Positions 1 to 12,632 of a stretch of 64,000 nt of DNA are shown piece by piece. The stretch lies in the NCBI GenBank assembly GCA_038087875.1, contig CM075989.1, positions 6,634,001-6,698,000 on the forward strand, in the 5' to 3' direction. The stretch is from Malacoraja senta. Taxonomy: Eukaryota. The notes under the pieces are model-generated. The model did not search any database. It saw nothing but the letters and a program-made list of their open reading frames with translations, and was not told the origin of the DNA. Made by a program: the position numbers and the translations under genes. How positions within the stretch are numbered: the stretch's first letter is position 1; each line of letters begins with the position of its first letter.

Positions 1-1077
1 GTAATGCACGGGGATCGCTGGTCGGCGCGGACCCGGTGGGGCGAAGGACCTGTTTCTCTAAACTGAACAAAACAAAAATTTCGGAGAAATCCCACGAAGG
101 TCATGGGGAGAAGGAACAAACTCCGTACAGACAGCACCCGTAATCAGGATCGAGCCCGGGTCTCTGGCGCGGTAAGGCAGCAACTCTACTGCTGCGCCAC
201 TTTGCCGCCCGTGCGTTTGATGGGTCCTTTTTGTGGGTCACGTGTACCTAGGTGCAGTGAAGTTCTTCGTTCTTGCAAACAAAGTACACAAATGAGCCGC
301 CACAAAGTCGCACGCAAAAACACAAAGTACTCATCCCTTCTTCATTTCCCTCCCCTCCTCCCCCCCCCCCCCTCCCTGGCGGGTCCCCATCAGTTCTTGG
401 CGGCCCCCCCTTGTTGTTATTGTACCTGCCTCAACTAACTCCTCTGGCAGCTCGTTTGTGATGTTTGGTGGACTGTGTGGGGTGGGACGAAACATAGAAA
501 CATAGAAAATAGATGCAGGAGGAGGCCATTCGGCCCTTCGAGCCAGCACCGCGCCACCTGCTGCACGGGAGGAGCAACGGGTCCTCCCACCCCACACAGT
601 CCACCAAACATCACATCGTTCCACTCCCACAAACCAACGGGGTCGATAGTAGATGCTTCATCTAGTGACCGGCACAAAGTGCTGGAGTAACTCAGCGGGT
701 CACGTTTGGGGTCGAGACCGTCCCGACCGGAACCATTACCCATTCTTTTCTCCGGCGATGTTGTCTGTCCCTCTGAGTTACTCCAGCACTTGTGTCCATC
801 TTTGGCATAAACCAGCATTTGCAGTTCCATGTTTCCACACTTCATCTGTTGATGTGGGAGATATTCTACACTGTTCTAGGGATGTGGGATTCTAACACGA
901 GGAGAGATGGAGAGACTGGATCTCTTTTAACTTCAGGCTACTGAATGCCATTGAAACAGGCAAGCCCATTTTGTATAATTGGATAATGATTGATCTTCAG
1001 CCTGGGTTCTGTGACATAATAATAATCTTGCCTAAATCTCAGCTGAATAGGTCCTGCATTTTCTGATTTGAACCTAA

Positions 1078-1397
1078 TAGCCCTGTCCCACGGTACGAGT
1101 TCATTCCAAGAGCTCTCCCGAGTTGAAAAAAAATCAAACTCGTGGTAAGCACGGAGAATGAACATAGCGGGTACGTCGGAGCTCGGGGACGTCTCTTAGC
1201 GCTAACGGCAGGTACTCGGGAAGACTCGCTAACGGCAGGTAAGCACGGGAAGACTCGTGAAGATTTTTCAACATGATGAAAAATGTCCACGAGAGCCCTG
1301 AGTACCGACGAGCGGCCATTACCGTAAATCTCCGAGTTCGAATCAGGGCAAACTCGGGAGAGCTCTTGGAATGAACTCGTACCGTGGGACAGGGGTT
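1078..1397. mobile_element. Non-autonomous Harbinger/PIF-like MITE, subfamily A
   Basis: Long TIR CCCTGTCCCACGGTACGAGTTCATTCCAAGAGCTCTCCCGAGTT; TAA on both flanks (1075-1077, 1398-1400). Removing it restores the host SINE head. Confidence 0.85.
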
Positions 1398-1814
1398 TAA
1401 GTCCCTGGATCATTATCTTCCCAGCCTCTGGATTACTCGTCCAGTAAGTAACATAACCATTGTGCCACCGCATACAATGACTTGCAGAGCTGACAACGAT
1501 TTTGCACAGTTTTAAAAAATATATATTTAATTGAGAAGCTACTCTGTAATTAGTTAGGGTAGAAGGTATTATGAAGAACGATGGTAGCTTATATAATTAA
1601 TGACTACTCACTATTAAAGGCTATTATTTCAGTGTCTCAGCCAGTGACAGATTCATAATGGGTGAGTTATAAAGGATAGCGTGGGGAAAGTTCAACGGAA
1701 TTGTTCCCCTTTGTTGCATTGATCATGGAGTGGGTCTCTCGTTGGGCAAACCACATGAATGTGCAGTGCCACGTAAAGATTCATTAAAGGACACAAAGTG
1801 TCGGAGTAAGGTCA

Positions 1815-2652
1815 GCACGCTGGCATAGCGGAAGAGCTACTGCCTTAAAGGCCTGTCTCACGAGTCTGCGGTCATTGGCGGCGAAACGGGAAGAATCTAC
1901 CGCTCCTGGGCCGCCATAGACCGCGCACTCGGTCAAACGCACAATTCCGGGGCCGTGCGGCGTTGTTCCCAACACCACACGGTGTTAAAATAAAACCAAC
2001 ACTGTTCAAAAAGATGTCCCTACCGCACAGCCTCCGCCAGTGAGCGCCGTGCGTCGAACTTGCACCGCCACAGCCTCCGCCAGTGAGGCACGACTGCCGG
2101 CACGGCCGCCGCCACAGCCACCGCTACAGCGCCGCGATCAGGACGGCCGCCGCCACAGCCCCGCAGATCCAAAATGATGTCATCGCAGTCGGCCCGCCCT
2201 TTTTTTTACTTACCACAAGCACGTGGGACCAGCCGTATTTAAATCACTCGGCCCCCGCGCAGCATCCGTGCGGCGCTCCCGTGGCTTAGGCTCGGCGCTC
2301 TCGCCGTTGCCGTGCGGTCCACTCTACAGGCGAAGCCGCGCTTCACCGCCGATGACCGCAACACCGTAAGACAGAGCCTTTACAGCACTAGAGACCCAGG
2401 TTCGATCCCGACTACGAGTGCTGTCTGTATGGAGTTTGTACGTTCTCCCTGTGACCTGCGTGGGTTTTCTCCGAGATCTTCTGTTTCCTCCCACACTCCA
2501 AAGACGTACAGCATTGTAGGTAAATTGGCTTGGTATAAATGTAAATTGGCCCTAGTGTGTGTCGGATAGTGTTAATGTGCGGGGATCGCTGGTCAGTGCA
2601 GACTCGTTGGGCCGATGGGCCCGTTGTATCCCTAAGCTAAATTAAACTAAAC
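1815..2652 (+). mobile_element. HE1/V-SINE-type tRNA-derived SINE interrupted by a MITE
   Basis: A box TGGCATAGCGG, B box GGTTCGATCCC, V-domain GGAGTTTGTACGTTCTCCC, (CTAAA)n tail. Confidence 0.85.
1848..2379. mobile_element. GC/CpG-rich Harbinger-like MITE, subfamily F, inserted in an HE1-type SINE
   Basis: Imperfect TIR AAGGCCTGTCTCACGAGTCTGCGGTCATTGGCGG / CCGCCGATGACCGCAACACCGTAAGACAGAGCCT; TTA duplicated (1845-1847, 2380-2382). The empty site is the SINE consensus TGCCTTACAGC. Confidence 0.8.
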
Positions 2653-3844
2653 TCAGCAGGTCAGGCAGCATCTCTGGAGAAGATGAATAAGTACTAACTC
2701 AGTAGGTCAGACAACATCTCTGAAAAACGTGGATAGGTCTTCTCCAGAGATGCTGCCTGACCTGCTGAGTTAATCCAGCACTTTGTGTCCTTTTGTGTGT
2801 TAACCAGTTAAGTTCAGAAACATTTATGATCCCTGGCATTGACAGCTGATAATGCTTTGGGAGGAGGCTTTAACAGCTGCTGAATCTTTTTAGACATGTT
2901 TTGAGCTTCGCCATGTGCTGCTGGAGGCTCTGTCACACCAAGTTAACACATTAACGACAAAGAGGCTATGGATCCGTAAGAGAGGGTCCCCCATCTTAGT
3001 CAGATCCACACAGTATGACCATGAGCAGTGCAACCTGCAAGAAAAATCTGGCCAAATGTGGTAGACTTTTTCTTTCTTAATTGTGTTTATTATACTGCAC
3101 AGAATCATAGATGTTCATGGCACTGAATTGAATTGAATACTTTATTGTCACATCTGACAAGTTCTTTGTTTTTCATATCCAAGGTATGCAAATAGGTGTC
3201 ACGTAAAGGGCACTGATAAAGTTACAAAGTATCCCGTGAGGGAGGCCGTTTGGCCCATCGTACCGTTCCTAGCTGACAAGCTGAGATTAACACCACATTC
3301 CACCTTTTAGTCCATAGTTGTAGATAGGTCATGTACGATAAACCTACCAAATGTAGGGTAGAAACTGGACCTTCTTCCACCTGCTTTCTAAATGAGGCAA
3401 AAGAGCAATTTTACAAGACGAACATGTAAGACCAGCAATAAAACTCGGTAAATTCTCCAACACTTTTCATAGCGGTATCATCAAACAGAATTTACCACCA
3501 AGGCCAGTACCCTTCCACAAACTAGGGTACTGTCCCATTCACCTCTACAGTGCTGTAGACATTGGACTTTGTCTATGGAAGAATGCTAAGTATATTCTGC
3601 ACTCTGTATCTTCCACTTTGCTCTGCCTATTGTATTTGAGTTTGACTTGGTTGTATTGATCAGATTGGAGAGCAGGCAAAACAAAGTGTTTCACTGTACC
3701 TCTGTACATATGACAGTAATAAACCTAAGCCTAAATTAAACCTAAACCTAATAGTTGACTTGGAGAGGGAGCTTCCTAAGAAGCATCTTAAAGGGGCTGA
3801 AGTTTGGAAAACAATTGCAGCCTGATACACTTTGGACTTTTAAA

Positions 3845-4132
3845 CTTTAGAGATACTTCATGGAAACAGGACTTTGGCTCACCGGGTCCACGTCGACCAG
3901 CGAGCACCCACTAGCACTATTCTATACACTTGGGACAATTTACAATTTTTACCAAAGCCAATTGACGTACAAACGTGGATGCCTTTGGATTGTGGGAGGA
4001 AACCGGAGCACCTGGAAAAAAAAACCACAGCGAGAATGTACAAACTCCATGCAGACAGCAGCCATAGTCAGGATCGATCTGGGTCTCTGGAGCTGAAAGG
4101 CAGCAACTCTACCGCTGCTCCTTCGTGCCGCC
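3845..4132 (-). mobile_element. HE1/V-SINE-type SINE
   Basis: Reverse complement of the consensus head, V-domain and tail. Confidence 0.85.
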
Positions 4133-5034
4133 CCATTTCAAGCCCACATCTTCCAGCCTGTTTATACGATCCCCAAATGGAGAGTGTTTTTTTTTTCCCG
4201 AAGGGAACAGAATTCCTTGGTCTGTCCAGCCATGCTCTCCCCTTTCATCCTTATCTCCAAATTACCTCCCCCCCCCATCCCTCCCCCAAACACTACCACA
4301 CCATCTCACCCCGTGACTTATCTGAAGGATAAAGAAGCCAACAAGCCTCCATGTTAGTTCAGGGAAAAGTAATATACTGTCTTTTGGCTACATACTTGAG
4401 ATAATTATGAGAGTGAGACCCAATTTTGGATGAATCTGAAATCTCATGGTTCAAATACTAATGTGCCAGAAAATAAAAACCCTATTCATCTTTCACAATC
4501 CTTGGCAATCTCCCAGGTGTAAAACTCATTCGGTTCCATCTTACCTGAGCCAGTGATGGATGACTTGCTGTGTGGGATTCTACTTGAGAAATCCAGTGGC
4601 ACACACTGAGAATCCACGCCCCTTGAGGGCAAGAGTCCAACACAAAGTGCTGGAGTAACTCAGCAGGTCGGGCAGCATCTCCGTAGGACATTGATAGATG
4701 CGTTTTGAGTCAGAACCCCTCTTCAGACAGATTGTAATGGGGGGGAGGGGGGATGAAAGCTGGAACAGAGGTGGTACAAAGCTAGGCAAGTGATCATTGG
4801 AAATAGACACAAAACGCTGGAGTAACTCAGCGGGACAGGCAACATCTCTGGAGAGAAGGAATGGGTGGTGTTTCGGGTCGAGACCCTTCTTCAGACTGAT
4901 GATGTCAGGGGAGTGGGAGATACGTAGATAAGGAAGCGAAAGGTGTCCCGCTGAGTTACTCCAGCATTTTGTGTCTACCTTCGGTTTAAACCAGCATCTG
5001 CAGTTCCTTCCTACACAAGTGATAGTTGGAGAAA

Positions 5035-5382
5035 GACACAAAGTGCTGGAGTAACTCAGGTAGCATCTCTAAAGAAAAAGGATGGGTGACGTTTTGTGTC
5101 AGGACCCTTCTTCAGATTGAAAGTAGGAGGTAGGGGCGGGGGAGGGGGTCGTGGGGAGGGTGAACACCCTACTCTAATCTCACCCCCTCGGACATCAAAC
5201 CCTTCGCCCACTGCAACAATCCCCCCGCCACCCCCTACTTTCAGTCTGAAGAAGGGTCCAGACACGAATTGTCACCCATCGTTTTTCTCCAGAGATGCTG
5301 CCCGGCCCATTACTCCGTGCCTCACTCCAGCACTTTGTGTCTATCTTTGGTATAAACCAGCACCTGCAGTTCCTTGTTTCCA
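5035..5382. mobile_element. Penelope-derived palindromic element with extended G/C-rich arms
   Basis: Head-to-head modules around a central spacer; the same protein-like text appears on both strands in the ORF track. Confidence 0.75.
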
Positions 5383-6476
5383 CAAGGGATAGTTGGATAC
5401 AGGCATGAGTGGAGTTTGTTCGGCAAATGGATGGACAAAGACTAGAAATGAAAAAGGACTCAGAAGAGGACTGAAGGAAATAAGAGGTGTTGATAAAGAG
5501 AGAAGGGGCTTGAAAGAGTAACAAATGTCAAGCCAGAAGGAAGGATATAGGTGGAACTATCACTTGCCAGGCTTTGTCCCACCCCCATCTCTCTTGTGCA
5601 ATCGGTATGATGAAGGGATCCAACCCAAAGCATCACCGGTCTATTTTCTCCACAGATGCTGCCCTACCCGTTGCGTTACTCCTGCTCTGTGTGTCCTTGG
5701 CAAGATTCCAGCATCTGCAGTTCCTTGTGTCAAACCCCTTGAGGACAAAGCTCTTTCCCGTCAGCATTCAGTAACAATCTCCCCCTTTCCCACTGTTTTG
5801 CCTTTGATCTTTCATGAAAGAAAATAATGATAGGTTTTGTGCCAAGGAACCTGTGAATCTTCCCACCCAGCTTGAAACCTGTCTTGGCAACACTCTCCCC
5901 CCACACTGGCTCTTCATCTTTCACCCTGCAGGGCTGGAATCTGTTGAACTCTTTCTGCAAGTCCCACACCTCACACATTTTTTCACTTTTTCTGATCCTG
6001 GCAACCGGTAAACCCCCCACATTTAATCACTCCGCCACCATCAGCTGCCTCTGTAACTGCCAACACATTTGGTTCTGAAACTTCCTCCTTAAACATCCTT
6101 ACTTCCCATTAAAATCCTATTTAAAGCCGATCTTTAGTTTAGTTTAGAGATACAGCATGGAAACAGGCCCGTCGGTCCATGCCGACCATCGATCACCCGA
6201 TCACACTATGCTATCCCACTTCCTCATCCACTCCCTACACACTAGGGGCAATTTACAGAGGCCAATTGACCTACAGACCCACACGGCTTTTGGATGTGGG
6301 AGGAAACCCACGTGATCACAGTGGGAACATTTAGTTTTGTTTCGTTTATTGTCACGTGTACAGCGAAAAGCTTTTGTCGCGTGCTAACCAGTCAGCGGAA
6401 AGACAAAAACACATGGTTACAATCGAGCCGTCCACAGTGTACAGTTACATGATGAAGGGAATAACGTGAATAACAT

Positions 6477-6658
6477 ATTTAAGAAGGAACTGCAGTTGCT
6501 GGAAAATCAAAGGTGGACAAAAATGCTGGGGAAACTCAGCGGGTGAGGCAGCATCTATGGAGCGAAGGAAATAGGCAACGTTTCGGCCCGAAACGTTGCC
6601 TATTTCCTTCGCTCCATAGATGCTGCCTCACCCGCTGAGTTTCTCCAGCATTTTTGTC
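6477..6658. mobile_element. Penelope-derived palindromic non-autonomous element with 15-bp TSD
   Basis: Near-perfect inverted arms of about 70 bp centred on TTTCGGCCCGAAA; TAACGTGAATAACAT at 6462-6476 and 6659-6673. Confidence 0.8.
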
Positions 6659-6984
6659 TAACGTGAATAACATTTGGTGCAAACACCACCTGGACAGCAC
6701 CCGAGGTCAGGATTGAACGCGGGCCTCTGGCGCTGTGAGGTGGAGGCTCTACCAGCTGTGCCAGTGTGTGTGTGTGTGTGTGTCCAACCACCCCTTCCCA
6801 CCAATCCCTTCAACCAAGCCTTGTGTCTTTTACTGCATTCTGTCTGACATTGCTCCACTGAAGAGCCTTCAGTTAAAGGTGCCTTAATGCATGCTGTCGC
6901 TAAATAACCCTTCTTGCTCCTTCTCCCTGCCATTTAATTCTGAATATGGTTCTGTTCCGCAGCTGCCTTGTATTTATTCAGTGG

Positions 6985-7265
6985 CAGGATGTGGGTGTCG
7001 TTGGCAAGGCCTGTATTATCTGCCCATCTGTAATTCTCTGCCCTGTTTACTGAGCCAGTTCAGGAGTCAGGTCAGGGTCAACCACTTGTGCCATGTGCAT
7101 GGAATCACAAGTAAGCCGGGCTGGGGCCAAGCAACACACTCCTTCCTGAAGGGGCGTTGGTGAACCAGACGGGGCCTGAACATTGGTTTCAGGATCGCAG
7201 TGTGATCCCAGCCCACATTTCCACATTTATTCAATTATCTGAATATAAATTGCTCAGCTGACGTC
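6985..7265 (-). mobile_element. Older degenerate SINE-like repeat (related copies near 900-1470, 34335-34600, 37900-38170)
   Basis: Shared blocks such as GTCAACCAC, GTGAACCAGA.GGG and a tRNA-like GGTTCAAATC head. Confidence 0.45.
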
Positions 7266-7498
7266 GAGTTGGGCGTTTCAATGCCAGCATGTGGAGATGG
7301 GGGCTCCGCCAAAGCCCAGCCTGTGAATGCGGAGCAGAACAACAGACGGCCAACCATGTCATCTCTGGGTGCCCGCTCTACCACCCACCCAAATGGAGTT
7401 CAGGGCCTGGCAGACATTGACGCAGAGACAACAACCTGGCTGCTCAACACCCGGCTTGAGATCTAACTATTCCTTTTGGTTTATTTATGATTCATTCG

Positions 7499-7540
7499 CA
7501 AGAAGAAGAAGAAGAAGAAGAAGAAGACAAGGAAGAAGCT
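7499..7540. repeat. (GAA)n microsatellite
   Basis: Read directly from the sequence. Confidence 0.9.
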
Positions 7541-7736
7541 AACGTCGTAGGATTCAAACTCTTCCCTTTGGATCATTAACCTATTGCTGTTCCTGGATCC
7601 ACCACCATGTTACATCAAGGATGTTCATCTTTTTCCCAGGGTTGGACGAGACCTTCTTGGTCTTGGCAGCTGCTTGACCGCATGGTCTGTGGGTTCGGGC
7701 AGTTATCCACCAGGCCACTGTCTGAGTTTTAAAGAG

Positions 7737-8040
7737 GCGGCACGGTGGCACAGCGGTAGAGTCGTTGCCTCACAGCGCTTGCAGCACCGGAGACCCGGGT
7801 TCGATCCCCACTGCGGGTGCTGTCTGTACGGAGTTTGTACGTTCTCCCCATGACCGCGTGGGTTTACTACGAGATCTTCGGTTTCCTCCCACACTCCAAA
7901 GACAATTGGCTTGGTAAATGTAAAAAATGCCCCTCGTGTGTGTAGGATAGTGTTAATATGCGGGGATCGCTGGTCGGCGCGGACCCGGTGGGCCGAAGGG
8001 CCTGTTTCCGCACTGTATCTCTTACACTAAAACTAAAAAT
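7737..8040 (+). mobile_element. HE1/V-SINE-type SINE, full length
   Basis: GGCACGGTGGCACAGCGGTAGAG...GGTTCGATCCC...GGGCCGAAGGGCCTGTTTCC tail. Confidence 0.9.
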
Positions 8041-8704
8041 AGAATCTGTTTCTTGATCATTGGAGCTCATGGATCTGTACGGATGGGTTCAGATTTCTTT
8101 CCACTATAAACGCAGCAACATAAGACTGTAAGAGGAGCAGGGCTCGGAGCAATGGCCTTCAAGCCTGCCTGCCATTCACAAAGACCATGGCAGATTACAC
8201 CCTCCAGTCTACATTGAATGAGGAGGGGGTGGGCAGGTGGGTGGTATATGAGGCGATGCACACAGTCCTCAGCATACGACGGGCTTTTGTGTAGACCCAC
8301 TGGATGGGTGTTAGGTCTCAATATCCTTCTCTGTTCTGAATGGATGAGCTAGAATGCATGGACATGTGTAGTCACTGTATTGTTAAACAGCTTCGGAGAT
8401 TCTGGAGCGCGTGCCAAATCAATTTACAAGGATGATACCACAAAGGCAACTTTTTTCTTTATCAGAAAAGATTTTTTTTCCCTCTTGTAATAAAAGGGAT
8501 GTAGGATAGCATAATACAGATCCATAAAATTGTATATTGATCGAGTAGATAGGATCGATGTTTCCACTTGTGAAGATGGACATAGCAAAAGCCATCAATA
8601 TTAGATGGTCACCAAGAAAACGCAGAAGGAATTCACAAAGAAAATCTTCTTCCTGAGTGGAATGTCAAGTTTACTATTGTGTCTTTTTAACATAACAATG
8701 ACGA

Positions 8705-9006
8705 ACATCAGCTCATATTTCGCTTGGGCAGTTTACACCCCGGCGGTATGAATATTGACTTCTCTAACTTCAAGTAACCCTTGCTTTCCCTCTCTCTCCA
8801 TCCCTTCCCTCTTTTGATCTCTTTTGATGTCTCATTTTCCACACCTTACCCTTCCTTATCTCTGTCTCACTCTCCCCTGACTCTCAGTTTGAAGAAGGAT
8901 CTCGACCAGAAACGTCACCCATTCCTTCTCTCCAGAGATGCTGAGTTGAGTTACATCAGCAATTTGTGTCTTATCTTCGGTGTAAATTTGCAGTTCCTTC
9001 CTACAC
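8705..9006 (+). mobile_element. Penelope-like element 3' end (ORF end, hammerhead-like core, terminal module)
   Basis: EHQLIFRLGSLHPGGMNIDFSNFK*, then TTGAAGAAGGATCTCGACCAGAAACGTCACCCATTCC. Confidence 0.75.
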
Positions 9007-9458
9007 CACTTCAGAAGCATCTCGTTGTGTACAAAATACTCTGAGTTAACCAAGAGGTACAAAGGGAGTTGTATAAATTTCACAGGGAATAATTGATGCA
9101 AGTCGGCTGGGATGGATTTGATCAGCAGGCAGTTGAGCCTGTGAACAACAGGATTACAATCACAGTTAGGTGAGGTAAGGTAGGACAGGAACTGAGTGGA
9201 GAATTAAACTCATTCATTCATTTGGCACAGTGGGTGACACAGTGGCGCAGCGGGTAGAGCTGCTGCCTCACAGCGCCTGAGACCCGGGTTCGAACCTACA
9301 CAGAAACCGTTTGTACAACATGGCGGACAAATAATAAAAGAAAAAAGTGGCAAAACACATAATTAATTAAGAAGATGAAAATGGACACGTTGACGAACTA
9401 AATAGTGTGTGTGTGAAAATAGGCAGATTGTAAAGGCTTATTTTAGGCTTATTGGGAT

Positions 9459-10666
9459 ACATAGAAACATAGAAACTAGGTGCAGGAGGAGGCCATTTGG
9501 CCCTTCAAGCCAGCACCGCCATTCATTGTGATCATGACTGATCATCCACAATCAGTAACCCGTGCCTGCCTTCTCCTCATACTCCTTGATTCCACCAGCC
9601 CCTAGAGCTCTATTTAACTCTCGTTTAAATTCATTCAGTGAATTGGCCTCTACTGCCTTCTGTGGCAGAGAATTCCACAAATTCACAACTCTCTGGGTGA
9701 ATTTGTTTTTCTCTTCACAGTTTTAAATGGCCTCCCCTTTATTCTTAGACTGTGGCCCCTGGTTCTGGACTCCTCCAACATTGGGAAAGCTTGTCCATTC
9801 TTTTTATAATTTTATATGTTTCTATAAGATATCCTCTCATCCTTCTAAATTCCAGCGAATACAAGCCCAATCTTTCCTCATATGACAGTCCCGCCATCCC
9901 GGGGATTAAACTCGTGAACCTATGCTGCATTGCCTCAATAGCAAAGATGTCCTTCCTCAAATTAGGAGACCAAAACTGCACACAATACTCCAGATGTGGT
10001 CTCACCAGGGCCCTGTACAACTGCAGAAGGACCTCTTTAATCCTAAACTCAAATCCTCTCGTTATGAAGGTCAACATGCCATTAGCTTTCTTCACTGCCT
10101 GCTGTACCTGCACGTTTACTTTCAGTGACTGGTATACAAGGACACCCAAGTCTCGTTGCATTTCCCTTTTTCCTAATCTGACACCATTGAGATAATAATC
10201 TGCCTCCTTGTTCATGCCGCCAAAGTGGATAACCTCACATTTATCTACATAATACTGCATCTGCCATGCATCTGCCCACTCACTCAACCTGCCCGTCACC
10301 TTGCAACCTCCGAGCATCCTTTTTGCAGTTCACACTGCCACTCAGCTTGTGTCATCTGCAAATTTGCTAGTGTTACTTTTAATTCCATCATCTAAATCAT
10401 TAATAGATATTGTAAATAGTTGTGGCCCCAGCACTGAGCCTTGCAGCACTCCACTCGTCACCGCCTGCCATTCTGACAGGGACTTGTTTATTCCTACTCT
10501 TTGTTTCCTGTCTGCCAACCAATTCTCTATCCATGTCAATACCCTACCTCCAATACCATGTGCTCGAATTTTGCCCACTAATCTCCTGTGTGGGACCTTA
10601 TCAAAGGCTTTCTGAAAGTCCAGATACACTTGCCCCCCATCATCTATTTTACGTGTCACATCCTCA
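9459..10666 (-). mobile_element. CR1 LINE 3' fragment (reverse transcriptase to 3'UTR), the longest in the window
   Basis: YLDFQKAFDKVPHRRL, GVLQGSVLGPQLF, KFADDT, LYRALVRPHLEYCVQFWSP; (TTTCTATG)n-type tail. Confidence 0.95.
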
Positions 10667-10748
10667 ACTGTGACACAGCTGGTAGAGTTGCTGGCTCACA
10701 GCGCCTGAGACCCGGGTTCAATCCTGATCTAGGGTGCTGTCTGTGTGA

Positions 10749-11296
10749 ACTTCAAGATTCAAGAGATCCAAGAGAGTTTATTGTATGTGTCCCTGATAGG
10801 ACAATGAAATTCTTGCTTTGCTTCAGCACAACAGAATATAGTAGGCATGAATACAGAACAGATCAGTGTGTCCATATACCATTATATAAATATATACACA
10901 CATGAATAAATAAACAGATGAAGTGCAAATAAACAGATAATGGTCTATTAATGTTCAGAGTTTGTTTCAGTTGAGTTTAATAGCCTGATGGCTGTGGGGA
11001 AGTAGCTATTCCTGAACCTGGACATTGCAGTCCTCAGGCTCCTGTGCCTTCTACCTGAAGGTAGCAGGAGATGAGTGTGTGGCCAGGATGGTGTGGGTCC
11101 TTGATGATGCTGCCAGCCTTTTTGAGGCAGCGACTGTGATAGATCCCCTCGATGGTAGGGAGGTCAGAGCCGATGATGGACTGGGCAGTGTTTACTACTT
11201 TTTGTAGTCTTTTCCGCTCCTAGGCGCTCAAGTTGTTGAACCAAGCCATGATGCAACTGGTCAGCATGCTCTCTACTGTGCACCTGTAGAAGTTTG
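10749..11296 (-). mobile_element. Rex1/Babar-type LINE 3' fragment inserted into an HE1-type SINE
   Basis: Minus strand reads NFYRCTVESMLTSCIMAWF...RLQKVVNTAQSIIGSDLPTIEGIY.SRCLKKAGSIIKDPHHPGH; (TCTTGAA)-like tail; the SINE resumes on both sides. Confidence 0.8.
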
Positions 11297-11436
11297 CAGG
11301 TTTTCCCTGTGACCGTGTGGGTTTCCAACAGGTGTTCCGGTTTCCTCCCACATCCAAAGACATGTGGGTTAGTGAGTTAATTGGCCTCTGTAAATTGCCC
11401 CTAGCATGCGGAAGTGGATAGAACTAGTATGAATGG

Positions 11437-11735
11437 GCCAGAGGCCATAGCTTCAGAATAAAAGGACGTACCTTCAGAAAGGAGATGAGGAGGAATTTCT
11501 TTAATCAGCGGGTGGTGAATCTGTGGAATTCATTGCCACAGACGGCTGTGGAGGCCAAGTCAATGGATATTTTTGAGGCGGAGATTGACAGATTCTTGAT
11601 TAGTAAAAGTGTCAGGGGTTATGGGGAGAAGGCAGGAGAATGGGATTGAGAGGGAAAGATCGATCAGCCATGATTTAGTGTTGGAGTAGACTTGTTGTGC
11701 CGAATGGCGTAATTCTGCTCCTTGAATTTATTAAC
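11437..11735 (+). mobile_element. CR1 LINE 3' fragment
   Basis: RGHSFRIKG...FFNQRVVNLWNSLP and CR1 3'UTR. Confidence 0.85.
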
Positions 11736-11739
11736 ATAA

Positions 11740-12097
11740 AGCCCCTGTCCCACTGTACGAGGTAATTCAAGAGTTCTCCCGAGTTTTCCCCTGATTCGAA
11801 CTCGGAGAATGTCCATAGCGGGTCCATAGGAGTTCGTGGATGTCTTGTAGCGGCTCGTAATGCTAACGGTAGGTACTCGGGACATCCGGTAACTCGTGAC
11901 ATCCGGTAACATCCCTGCAAAAAATGTCCACGAGTAAAAAAATACTCGTGATGTAAAACAGTGTTACTTTTTACTCGTACGAGCCGCTACGAGACATCCA
12001 CGAACTCCAACGGACCCGCTACGGACATTCTCCGAGTTCGAATCAGGGGAAAACTCGGGAGAACTCTCGAATTACCTCGAACAGTGGGACAGGGACT
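11740..12097. mobile_element. Harbinger-like MITE, subfamily B, almost fully palindromic
   Basis: Inverted arms over 100 bp beginning AGCCCCTGTCCCACTGTACGAGGTAATTC; flanked by TAA and TTA. Confidence 0.85.
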
Positions 12098-12290
12098 TTA
12101 TGTTCCCGTTCCTGAACTTCTGACGTTCCATTAAATTCTACTTGTTTGGGTAAAAAAGCCCAAACGTGTCCTGGAGACACCAAGATTGGTGTGCTCCACA
12201 ATGGGTGTCTGACTGATGGAGAGACTTACTTTGATTCCTTGAGACTGTGGAACTTTCCTTTATTACCTGCTGTGATTTCTATGCTTTCAG

Positions 12291-12466
12291 AATCTCACGG
12301 CCTGTGCTTGTTTGAACATCGGCCCCATTAAGAACGCCACCGTGATCCCGGGGAAGTGTCCAAGTCCAGGATGTCAAGAGGCCTTCATGACCTTCATATG
12401 TGTGATGTGTGTTTGCAGTCTCATTGGAGCCATGGCCCAGACCCCCGCCATCATTATACTCATCAG
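12291..12466 (+). CDS. SLCO3A1: SLCO3A1 (OATP3A1)-like internal coding exon (end of Kazal-like loop and TM10)
   Basis: ttcAG acceptor and AG|GTAG donor. Translates NLTACACLNIGPIKNATVIPGKCPSPGCQEAFMTFICVMCVCSLIGAMAQTPAIIILIR, close to human SLCO3A1 NLTGCACL...NATVVPGKCPSPGCQEAFLTFLCVMCICSLIGAMAQTPSVIILIR (recalled). Confidence 0.95.
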
Positions 12467-12632
12467 GTAGGACCCTCTGCACACACCATGTTACGCAGGC
12501 TTGAACTGTGAACATAATTAGCTGCTCTTGGTCGCTCCAGTGTAGGGCGGATGTGGAGCCTTTCGAGAGGATGCAGAAGAGGTTTACAATATGTTGCTCG
12601 GATTAGACGGTATTAGTCATACGGAGAAGCCG

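Noticed and set aside
1848..2379. CpG-island promoter of a host gene
   Set aside because: Bounded by TIRs and a TTA TSD inside a SINE, so it is a transposon.
7737..7815. tRNA-like sequences with A and B boxes (many copies)
   Set aside because: They are SINE heads that continue into the V-domain and LINE-like tail, not tRNA genes.
1..12290. Upstream SLCO3A1 exon (expected PVCG.DG.TY.S.CFAGC motif)
   Set aside because: Not found; it probably lies before the window.
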